Shown: piece by piece, positions 56,167 to 64,000 of the stretch
How the letters are laid out: each line of letters starts with the position of its first letter
How positions within the stretch are numbered: position 1 is the stretch's first letter
IMG/VR virus record: IMGVR_UViG_3300037483_001012
Span: 48,715 to 112,714 of that record
Length of the DNA: 64,000 nucleotides
DNA from: a virus
Strand: one strand, 5' to 3'
Notes under the pieces: generated by a model
Databases searched by the model: none
The model's input: the letters and a program-made list of their open reading frames with translations, nothing else
What the model was told of the DNA's origin: nothing
Made by a program: the position numbers and the translations under genes

Positions 56167-57005
56167 AACTATCCGCCGATCACATCTTCCACATCGGGTC
56201 GCAGCACCTCCGAAGCGGCATGCCGTGCCAGGATTATGCCGTCTCCGGCCCGATCGGAGACGGTGCTTATGCTGTTGTCTCGGATGGTTGCAGCAGCGGC
56301 GGAAAGACCGAAGTCGGTTCAAAGATTGTCGCGCTGGCGGCTGGTGAAGTCCTTCGCGAAGACTTTGGTGCTAACCTCTGCACGCTATCGGCGCGGACGT
56401 GGGAAAAGATGCGGGCGGTTTCCAGACCGCTTGGCCTCACGCAAAACGACATGCTGGCGACGCTGGTAGTGGCCCAATTTCAACGGGGCGAAGCGCGCGT
56501 TCTTTTCGTGGGCGATGGTGTTGCTGCATTCGTCTACATGGATGGGAGCATGACCCTGTTCCGGCTCGAATGGGCGAACAACACCCCGCAGTATCTCGCT
56601 TACGAAAGCGACGGTTTCCGCCAATTCATCCACGCGCACGGCGGCCGCTTCGAGGCGCCTGCTACTACTATGACACGGGTCGAATGCGCGGCCGGCGGCA
56701 TTGATCGAAATGTGAGCGAGCGCGTCTATTCGCTCAATGCCTCTTTGAAAGGCCATGCCGCATGGCCGATCCATCACAAGCAGTTGGCATACGTTGCTGC
56801 CTTTTCCGACGGTGTGACCCAGATCAAGGGCGCCGATTGGGTGACCGCGGCGCGCGAACTCCTCTTCTTCAAGTCGACCGCCGGTGCATTTGCCAAACGC
56901 CGGATGAACGCCTTCCTGCGGGACGAGGCGCGAGCCGGAAACATTCCGCTGGACGATATCGCTTACGCTGTGATCCATATCGAACCAGATGAGGGTGCCC
57001 CATGA
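56163..57005 (+). CDS. PP2C-family protein phosphatase
   Basis: PCQDY, VSDGCSS, VGDG, FSDGV, DDI. Confidence 0.9.
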   Translation: MKLSADHIFHIGSQHLRSGMPCQDYAVSGPIGDGAYAVVSDGCSSGGKTEVGSKIVALAAGEVLREDFGANLCTLSARTWEKMRAVSRPLGLTQNDMLATLVVAQFQRGEARVLFVGDGVAAFVYMDGSMTLFRLEWANNTPQYLAYESDGFRQFIHAHGGRFEAPATTMTRVECAAGGIDRNVSERVYSLNASLKGHAAWPIHHKQLAYVAAFSDGVTQIKGADWVTAARELLFFKSTAGAFAKRRMNAFLRDEARAGNIPLDDIAYAVIHIEPDEGAP

Positions 57006-57250
57006 CATCGCTCGCCGAGAAGGAAGCTGAATTTTGCAACAGCGCAATGGTACAGTTCATGCTCGGCTGTGATGAAGGCTTCACATACTCAGGTCTTGCC
57101 GCAAAATTTAGCACCGATGAACCGCGGACGCGGCTGGCCGATAAGACAATCCAAAAAGCTCGGCGCCGTGGCTGGATAGAGTTTAAGCGAGAGCGTGGAT
57201 CGGTGATTTGGCGTCCGACCGAATCCGGACGCCGTAACTTAAAGGAATAG
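57002..57250 (+). CDS. Small wHTH-like protein
   Basis: ATGA overlap; RRRGWI.F.R....W..T..G. Confidence 0.6.
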   Translation: MTSLAEKEAEFCNSAMVQFMLGCDEGFTYSGLAAKFSTDEPRTRLADKTIQKARRRGWIEFKRERGSVIWRPTESGRRNLKE

Positions 57251-57255
57251 TCCCA

Positions 57256-58983
57256 GTGGCCGGCAGCCCCCGCAAAGTTGTGCTCGACGGTCGCGGCACA
57301 ATCACGCTGCGCGACAGCGACTATGTCGCCGCCGGCGGTGAAGGCACGGTGTACCGCGCCAACGCCACTATCGTGAAAATCTATGCCGATGGCGCAAAAA
57401 TGATCCGCGACGGCATGACAGACAAGATCAAACTCCTCGCCGATCGTCTAAAATATAACGACATCATCGCGCCCCAAGGGGTGGTTTTGGACGAGTCCGG
57501 CAAGCCAATCGGCTTCTACATGCCGTTTGTGGATGGCGAGCCCCTCTCTCGGGTCTTTGTTTCCGATTTTCGGGCGCGCACCAGGTTCGGCGACCGGGAC
57601 GCGGCCACCCTGGCCGACCGGATGCGCGAGGTGGTTCAAATGGCGCACGCCGCCAAGGCCGTCATGGTCGACGCCAACGAGTTAAATTGGCTCGTGCAAT
57701 ACAGAATGAAAAGCGGCGCCGTCCCCAAGGTCATCGACGTCGATTCCTGGGCAATCGGGCGCTGGCCGGCCACCGTGGTCATGCCGTCGATCAGGGACTG
57801 GAACGCGGCGAAGTTCGACGCGAATTCAGACTGGTTCGGTTGGGGCGTTCTCGCCTTCCAAGTGTTCACCGGCATTCACCCCTATAAGGGCAAGATTGAC
57901 GGCTACCGGCCTGGCGACCTGATCCAGCGCATGAAGGACAACGCGTCGGTATTCGATGCGCGTGCCCGCATGCCGCACTCGGTCAGGGACTTCTCCTGCA
58001 TTCCAGGGCCCCTGCTCGATTGGTTCCAGGCGACGTTCCAACAGGGCGAGCGCACCGTTCCGCCCTCGCCGCTCGACCGCGCCGCGCCGGCGAAGGCCGC
58101 CAGGATCATGCGCGCCGTCACCACCGCGACCGGCAGCCTGATTTTCGAGAGGATGTTCGGCCGCGCCAACGATCCAGTCATCCGGGTCTGGCCGAACGGC
58201 GCGGCGCTGCTCAGGTCTGGGATCGTCGTCGATCTCGCGACTGGAAGCGACCTGATGTCCGGGGCCTCCGCCGATTGCGAAGTTGTACGGCTTTCCGGCA
58301 CCGGCTGGGTTATTGCCGATCAAAACGGCGGGCTCCCGCGGTTTACCCACGTCGATGGCAATCACCGGACGCCGCTCGCCTTCTTAATGTCGACGCGCAG
58401 ACTGTTCCGCGCCGGCGAGAGGCTGTTCGCCACGACCGACCGGGAATTGCTCGAGCTGCAAATCCGCATGCTCGGCAAGCCGACGATCACGGTCAGCCGG
58501 CGCTGGACGATGCTGATGAATTCGACGTCATGGTTCGACGGCGTCGCCGTCCAGGATGTGATGGGCGCGACGTTCGTTTTTCTGCCAATCGACCATGCCG
58601 GATCGGCCCAGGTCAGGGTCAAGGAGTTGGATGGCCTGAAGGTCATCTCCGCTATGGCCGGCGGGCACTTCGCAGCATTCGTCGCGGTAGACCGCGCCGG
58701 CGGCTATCAGAAGATCGAACTCACCTTCGACAAGAACTTCGGCTCCTACTCGGCATGGACCGGCGGCACCGACAGCCCCGATCTCAACATGGCCATTCTG
58801 CCAACCGGCGTTGTCGGAACGATCGCAGCCGATGGCGAACTGACGCTGTTCGTGCCGGCCAATGGCAACGTCAACAAGGTGCAGGATCGCCACGTCACGA
58901 CAGCGATGGAATTAGCGGGCTGGCGCGACAGGCTGGTCTACATTTTCGAGGGGAATGTTTGGCGGGTGAGGATGAGCACATGA
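57256..58983 (+). CDS. Ser/Thr kinase-like protein with beta-rich C-terminal domain
   Basis: AGGEGTVY, VKIY, DANELN catalytic loop, IDVDS, DWF, GIHPY.G. Confidence 0.88.
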   Translation: MAGSPRKVVLDGRGTITLRDSDYVAAGGEGTVYRANATIVKIYADGAKMIRDGMTDKIKLLADRLKYNDIIAPQGVVLDESGKPIGFYMPFVDGEPLSRVFVSDFRARTRFGDRDAATLADRMREVVQMAHAAKAVMVDANELNWLVQYRMKSGAVPKVIDVDSWAIGRWPATVVMPSIRDWNAAKFDANSDWFGWGVLAFQVFTGIHPYKGKIDGYRPGDLIQRMKDNASVFDARARMPHSVRDFSCIPGPLLDWFQATFQQGERTVPPSPLDRAAPAKAARIMRAVTTATGSLIFERMFGRANDPVIRVWPNGAALLRSGIVVDLATGSDLMSGASADCEVVRLSGTGWVIADQNGGLPRFTHVDGNHRTPLAFLMSTRRLFRAGERLFATTDRELLELQIRMLGKPTITVSRRWTMLMNSTSWFDGVAVQDVMGATFVFLPIDHAGSAQVRVKELDGLKVISAMAGGHFAAFVAVDRAGGYQKIELTFDKNFGSYSAWTGGTDSPDLNMAILPTGVVGTIAADGELTLFVPANGNVNKVQDRHVTTAMELAGWRDRLVYIFEGNVWRVRMST

Positions 58984-59102
58984 CCAAGAAATTATTGATA
59001 CTCGCCATATCATCCATTGGTTCGACTGGTCTTGCTTACTGGATGATGAGGCGTGACACACCAAGGTTGTCGCGCCAAGCGGCAGCGCAGAGGGGCCCAT
59101 CC

Positions 59103-59519
59103 ATGAATAAATTTCTGACGGCCGCCATGCTGGCATTTTGCGTTTTGCTTTTAGCATCTGCGCCATCATTCGCGGCTGATAAATGGAGCGACGAATATAA
59201 ACAGGGTTGGTGTGACGGCTATGCGCGGGCGGTGCGCAGCGTTCGAGACAATCGAGATCGTTGGCGCGCGCTCTTAGGAGAGCCAAAGAAGTCTCACGAA
59301 GAAGTCCTTAAATGGATTTATGAAAGACCGTGGACTGATGGGAAAACGCGCAAGCTCGCGCCGCGGCGTCTCTCTAGGCCCGATGGCGTGGCCCAAGAGG
59401 GGCCACCAATCATCGAAAGTGTTGATCTGTTTTTGGTCCTTCCAGAACTTCATGGGCGCGTGGAAGTTCATGATGCCGACGGGGTTCATTCGTTGAACTG
59501 CAATCCACTCACCAACTAA
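59103..59519 (+). CDS. Secreted hypothetical protein
   Basis: Signal peptide MNKFLTAAMLAFCVLLLASAPSFA. Confidence 0.65.
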   Translation: MNKFLTAAMLAFCVLLLASAPSFAADKWSDEYKQGWCDGYARAVRSVRDNRDRWRALLGEPKKSHEEVLKWIYERPWTDGKTRKLAPRRLSRPDGVAQEGPPIIESVDLFLVLPELHGRVEVHDADGVHSLNCNPLTN

Positions 59520-59810
59520 CGGCAGACCAGAGGGCCTTAAGATGCCTAGGAGCAAAGAGATCGTGGCGATAGTGCGCAACGAGTTGTTTGAAGCGCAAGC
59601 GATGGGGCTTATTTAACATGAGGCGCAGTCACGTCGAAATGCGCTCCCGCGGCGCCGCAGTCCCGAGGCAATTTGTCAGCGACAGCCACGATCATAAGCC
59701 TGATGCGAAGTCGAAAGACCGACAAGCATCGGGCGGGCAGAATGCTCAGGCAAGGGAGCCAAACAAGATGACGGCAGCGCTCGCTGAGAGGTTTAGCAGG
59801 GATTTTTGAA

Positions 59811-60593
59811 ATGACAATTGGCTCTCATCAAACCTCGATCGGCAAAGACCAGGCGCGCTTCACACCGCGCTGGATCCTCGATCCTCTTGGACCGTTCGAT
59901 ACCGATGCCGCCGCCGGCGCGCCGCGGTCATTCGACATCGGGACCGAACGGAATCTGACCGCCCTAGATAACAGCCTCGCGATGGATTGGCGTCACTTCA
60001 GGCGGACCTGGCTCAACCCGCCGTTCGACCGGCGATGGGTCGGAAAGTTCGTGCGCAAGATGTGTGCGCATAATCACGGCATTCTGCTACTGCACGTCAG
60101 GCCGGAAACCGAATGGTTCCGCCCGCTGTTCTCCGAGGCGACGGGCTTATTATTCTTGTCAAAGCGCGTGGTGTTCTGCAATTGGGACGGCTCGCCGTGC
60201 ACCATCACAAACCCGACAGCCAAGCACTTCGGCAAGTCGGCCAACTCCGGCGCACCGGTGGTGCTGGCCGCATTTGGATTCCCCGACGCCGATCTCCTAT
60301 CCGGCTTTGATCTCGGCAACAATCCAACAACCGAATTGCGCGGGAGCTTCCTACCGATCCTCGTGCCGCGCGGCGTCCTGGCGCTGGCGATCGCCGACGA
60401 TCCATCCTGGCGCGAACTGGTGCTGCGCTTCCTCCGAGAACAGCGCGGGCCGGTCCCGGTCGCCAAAATCTATGACTTCGTCAGTGCGCACGCCAAGGCG
60501 CAAGGCAAGAAGCACGCCCGCGAAAAGGTGAGGCAGACACTGCAGCGCGGCGCCGGCCGGCGCGTCGGGCCAGATCAGTGGGTAGCGGCATGA
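59811..60593 (+). CDS. Phage Dam-like N6-adenine methyltransferase with C-terminal wH
   Basis: TP..ILDPLG.FD.D, WLNPPF. Confidence 0.82.
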   Translation: MTIGSHQTSIGKDQARFTPRWILDPLGPFDTDAAAGAPRSFDIGTERNLTALDNSLAMDWRHFRRTWLNPPFDRRWVGKFVRKMCAHNHGILLLHVRPETEWFRPLFSEATGLLFLSKRVVFCNWDGSPCTITNPTAKHFGKSANSGAPVVLAAFGFPDADLLSGFDLGNNPTTELRGSFLPILVPRGVLALAIADDPSWRELVLRFLREQRGPVPVAKIYDFVSAHAKAQGKKHAREKVRQTLQRGAGRRVGPDQWVAA

Positions 60594-61588
60594 CCGATGT
60601 AGTGAGGAGGGCGTTGGAGGATTTTATCAACGCCTACGATAAGGGCGCAGTGCAGATCGCCAGTCCCGACATTGATCCGGGGCCGGACAATCTCAACGAC
60701 CCACATCCGCCGTACCCTTGGCACGAAGAATGGCTTTTGAACGCCCGCGGGGCCCTCTCCATCCTCGCAGCGATGTCGGACGCAGGCAACGGACTGACGG
60801 AGGAAGAGCGGTCTTTAATTTTTGGTCTGCAAGCAGAGATCGATCAGGTTAGCGGTAAGGAATGGAAGGTTGAGGTGCTCGGCGACGACGCCCGCAAGAT
60901 CGGCACGTCTTACGTCTATAGTCCCCATCTTGGCGGCGTTGCGATGGTGCCGCCGGGAAGCCCGGCTCGCAGCGCGCACCTTTTCTATACGAAGCTGATC
61001 GCCCGGCTACGCAACGACACACCAAAACTGCTTGCCATCATCGCCCGTCTTGCGGGAACTACGGCACAGCCACAGAAGCCGATAGATGAGGTGGTGCGGG
61101 CGGCTTGGGCGGAAATCAGAAAGAATGCCGACCGGCATCTTCGGGCGCTTGATCCGTCTCACCCCGAGCGGCTGACGATGGATTGCCATATTGCGGCATT
61201 GGACAAAGCCCTCTCCACCTTTCCCAAAGCCGTGGAGGTGGTGGGGGAGGAAGAGCTTGCGACAATCATTCGAGATGCAAGCAACGAGTGGTGCACCAAC
61301 TACGGCGATAAAAAATCACCAACGCTTGCTCAACATTTGTCCCTCGCCATTCTCTCCCACCTTTCCCTCCGGCCAGGGGCGAAAGAAGATACCGCGACGC
61401 TGCGCACATTAGTGCAGGAAGTCATCGGCGCCGGGAACGGCGATATTCGACGCGATCCGAGTCCGACTGACATTCTTGCCGAGACCGGATGGTATCAGCG
61501 AGCCAAGACCGCGCTCGGCGAAGGCTTCCTCCCCTCCACCCCCTCAGATCAGCAGAATGGAACGGCGCCGGCGGGGAAGACGGCATGA
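60590..61588 (+). CDS. Mosaic hypothetical protein (Ead/Ea22-like segment)
   Basis: ATGA-coupled; LIARLRNDTPKLLAII pattern. Confidence 0.6.
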   Translation: MTDVVRRALEDFINAYDKGAVQIASPDIDPGPDNLNDPHPPYPWHEEWLLNARGALSILAAMSDAGNGLTEEERSLIFGLQAEIDQVSGKEWKVEVLGDDARKIGTSYVYSPHLGGVAMVPPGSPARSAHLFYTKLIARLRNDTPKLLAIIARLAGTTAQPQKPIDEVVRAAWAEIRKNADRHLRALDPSHPERLTMDCHIAALDKALSTFPKAVEVVGEEELATIIRDASNEWCTNYGDKKSPTLAQHLSLAILSHLSLRPGAKEDTATLRTLVQEVIGAGNGDIRRDPSPTDILAETGWYQRAKTALGEGFLPSTPSDQQNGTAPAGKTA

Positions 61589-62292
61589 GATCCGACGAAT
61601 GGCTGACGCCACCCGCAGCTATACTCGACCCTCTTGGCGGATGGGAGGCAAACGATCTCGATCCAGCCGCTATGGTCGACCAGCCATGGCCGACAGCCCG
61701 GCATCACTTCACCATCCGTGACAACGGATTATTGCGCAGGTGGGATGGAGAGGTGTTTTTGAATCCTCCTTATTCCGCGATCCGCCGGTGGCTGGCGCGC
61801 ATGGCGGAACACGGCCGCGGTATTGCGCTGGTGTTCGCGAAGACCGACACTGTGGCCTTTGCCCGATATGTTTGGCCGTGCGCGGACGCGGTGTTGTTTA
61901 TCGCCGGCCGGCTTCCATTTCACCGGCCGGACGGCCTGCCAGCGATCCGTGCCGACGGTCGGCCGGTCGAAGCGCGCCACCCCACGGTGCTTTGCGCCTA
62001 CGGCGTCGGCGCTGCCGACCGTCTCGCCGCATCGCATATCCCCGGCAGGTTCGTACCGCTGCTGATCCAGAGATACGTTCTGGTCCAGCACCTCGTCGGC
62101 ACCTGGGAGGATGAGGTTCTGGCTTATTTCCGCGGGCGCGTCGGCCCGGTACGCAACGACGAACTCTATATAGCCTTCGCGGCGCATCCGAAGGCAAAAA
62201 CCAATTCGCACCTAAAGGCAAAGCTTCGACAGGTCTTGCAGGAGTGCGAGCGCCTACGGCCGGTCGATCGCGGTGTGTGGGAGATGACATGA
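61585..62292 (+). CDS. Second Dam-like N6-adenine methyltransferase with C-terminal wH
   Basis: DEWLTP, DLDPAA, DNGL, FLNPPY. Confidence 0.85.
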   Translation: MRSDEWLTPPAAILDPLGGWEANDLDPAAMVDQPWPTARHHFTIRDNGLLRRWDGEVFLNPPYSAIRRWLARMAEHGRGIALVFAKTDTVAFARYVWPCADAVLFIAGRLPFHRPDGLPAIRADGRPVEARHPTVLCAYGVGAADRLAASHIPGRFVPLLIQRYVLVQHLVGTWEDEVLAYFRGRVGPVRNDELYIAFAAHPKAKTNSHLKAKLRQVLQECERLRPVDRGVWEMT

Positions 62293-62474
62293 CAGAACTC
62301 GACCCAAAGATCCGCAAGTCCCTAACCACGCTCCAGGTCATCGCAAATGGCAAGACAAACCGGAACGGGAGGCTATCAAACGAGCGGATGAAAACCCTGG
62401 CGCGCGAGGCCTGCGACGAGATCGGGCTTCGATACGACCGCAACACGGTCGACAGCATGAAGGTGACGGAATGA
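62289..62474 (+). CDS. Hypothetical protein
   Basis: ATGA-coupled. Confidence 0.6.
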   Translation: MTELDPKIRKSLTTLQVIANGKTNRNGRLSNERMKTLAREACDEIGLRYDRNTVDSMKVTE

Positions 62475-62782
62475 CCGAAACAAGGGCCGAGGTAGAGCAC
62501 CGCAGCGCCGAGAAAATTAAGGTTCAGATGCTGGGATCGCCGCTCAACTACATGAGCACCAAAGGTGTGCAAGAAACATTGCTGGAAATTCTCCCTAAGT
62601 GGGAGGGTTTCATCCACCAACGGCGGCTTGAAAACTACGACCCGAATAAGTTGCGCGCCGATGGCGTGATGTTGCTTTCAAATATGCTGGAGTCGCTAGT
62701 CAATAATACGACGTCGGATCGGTCCGCGCGGCAAAGTGTTCGGCACCGACTGCATCGCTTAATCTTGGAAAACCTAAAATGA
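62471..62782 (+). CDS. Hypothetical protein
   Basis: ATGA-coupled. Confidence 0.6.
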   Translation: MTETRAEVEHRSAEKIKVQMLGSPLNYMSTKGVQETLLEILPKWEGFIHQRRLENYDPNKLRADGVMLLSNMLESLVNNTTSDRSARQSVRHRLHRLILENLK

Positions 62783-63198
62783 AATGGTTGTCGATACGCC
62801 AGCCCTGGGTATTCGCCATCTTCTCAGCCGGCAAGCCCGTCGAGAACCGCGATTGGAAACCCTGGAATTCCGGCCTGAAGATACGCGGCCGCGTCGGCAT
62901 CCACGCGTCGAAGGGGCTGACGAAACGTGAGTACGAAGACTTCGCTGATTTTTACGCCGACTTGCCAGAGCCCGCCCTCCCGGTGCTGCCGCACTTCGAC
63001 GACCTGGCGCGCGGCTGCCTCTTTGGAACGGTCGAGATTGTCGACGTCGTCCAGCAATTGGATTCGCCGTGGTTCTTCGGACCTTACGGCTTGGTGTTAC
63101 GCGACCCAAAGCCCCTGGCCAAGCCAGTTCCCTACCTCGGCCAGCTTGGCTTTTTCGACGTGCCGGAGCGGTTATGGAAGGAGCTAGTGCAGTCATGA
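62779..63198 (+). CDS. ASCH domain protein
   Basis: LSIRQPW...GKPVENRDW...RG...IHA...G.LG.F. Confidence 0.9.
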   Translation: MKWLSIRQPWVFAIFSAGKPVENRDWKPWNSGLKIRGRVGIHASKGLTKREYEDFADFYADLPEPALPVLPHFDDLARGCLFGTVEIVDVVQQLDSPWFFGPYGLVLRDPKPLAKPVPYLGQLGFFDVPERLWKELVQS

Positions 63199-63455
63199 AA
63201 GCCAGCGAAACCCGCCGCGCCGCCATGCTGGTCGTCGCCCGCGATGAATGGAAATCGGTGATAACCGCATGTAAGAAAAGGGGCACTGATCGTGGCTTGG
63301 AATTCTTGGTCGGCAGCCTGCACATCGATAACGACCACACCTATGTCGATGATCATGACGCGTCCGTGCCGATCGACTGCAAGACCGGCCTGCTCGTTGC
63401 CGAAGCCGCTCTGAAGATCATCAACGCCGAACTCAAAAAGCTAGGTGTCTCATGA
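63195..63455 (+). CDS. Hypothetical protein
   Basis: ATGA-coupled. Confidence 0.6.
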   Translation: MKASETRRAAMLVVARDEWKSVITACKKRGTDRGLEFLVGSLHIDNDHTYVDDHDASVPIDCKTGLLVAEAALKIINAELKKLGVS

Positions 63456-63727
63456 GCGGCTCCTCACAATGCCCGCATTCCGATCTCCACTTCGACATCA
63501 AGCACATCCACCTTCAGGATTCGAACGTGGCCTATGTCGAGATGAAAGCGCGATGTACGATTTGTCAGAAGCCGATGGTCTTCCGTGGGCTGCCGCTCGG
63601 GCTATCGCCAAACCAACCGACTGGCGAACTCGACGGCCATGAGGTGCGGCTTCCCATTATTGGTGAAGGTGAGGAGCCGACCGGAAATCAGATCGGATTT
63701 GTCAGCGGCCCTAGAGGAGAGGATTAA
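63452..63727 (+). CDS. Hypothetical zinc-binding protein
   Basis: CPH...CTIC...FRGLPLG. Confidence 0.6.
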   Translation: MSGSSQCPHSDLHFDIKHIHLQDSNVAYVEMKARCTICQKPMVFRGLPLGLSPNQPTGELDGHEVRLPIIGEGEEPTGNQIGFVSGPRGED

Positions 63728-63731
63728 ATCC

Positions 63732-64000
63732 ATGATTCAGCCTGTCCGCATCCAACTCTCCCGCGCCGGCGGCTTCAACCTCCAGGCCTACTCGCGCAAG
63801 ATTAATGGCCTAGCGGCGGTGAAGGTCGACCGCACGACTAGCTTCGGCAACCCGTGGATAGCCGGCACCACCGTCGACATGAAGATGGTCAAGCGTTGGG
63901 GCTGGACGATCTCGCCAGAAGGGAAACGGCATGTCTGCACGTGCACGAAGGAATCTGTCGCGAAGTTTGCGCACGCCCTGCTTTGGGATGTCGCCATCCA
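63732..64000 (+). CDS. DUF4326-like protein, partial
   Basis: MIQPVRIQLSRAGGFNLQ...VDRTTSFGNPW; GGAGAGG RBS; runs off the window. Confidence 0.75.
   Translation, partial: MIQPVRIQLSRAGGFNLQAYSRKINGLAAVKVDRTTSFGNPWIAGTTVDMKMVKRWGWTISPEGKRHVCTCTKESVAKFAHALLWDVAI

Noticed and set aside
1-64000. tRNA/rRNA genes, integrase, att site, reverse transcriptase/DGR
   Set aside because: None recognised by eye; tRNAscan-SE and a profile search would be needed to exclude them formally.

Overview
About 64 kb of a GC-rich temperate tailed phage or prophage. The host is probably an alphaproteobacterium (Hyphomicrobiales-like cspA, dnaN, acpP, HTH and GapR-type genes). Layout: (i) 1-7.3 kb, minus strand: terminase large (partial) and small subunits, a four-gene glycosylation/methylation cluster, TraR/DksA, CspA, a higA remnant, a packaging HNH, and a probable cos end near 7.4 kb. 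(ii) 7.7-24 kb, plus strand: an early array of about 30 mostly small genes, including DUF3150-AAA-vWA, a beta clamp and an MTase, ending near an Aca2/YdiL(DUF1870)-like HTH gene. (iii) 24-40 kb, minus strand: replication/modification (intein-containing DnaB, primase, SNF2, intein-containing C5 MTase, RuvC-like, HNH and GIY-YIG). (iv) A cro/cI switch at 39.7-40.8 kb. (v) 41.7-64 kb, plus strand: recombination and accessory genes (SMC-like ATPase, ACP, RecE/RecT, HerA-like, radical SAM, a nicotinamidase-vWA-DHH-PP2C-kinase cluster, two Dam-like MTases). The main unannotated signal is a covarying stem-loop with core GG-AATNGH-CC, found 18 times just upstream of Shine-Dalgarno sequences across the early array. 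I propose it is a greatly expanded Aca2-like RNA-operator regulon controlling first-injected, possibly anti-defence, genes. All family assignments come from motif recognition by eye; no searches were run.
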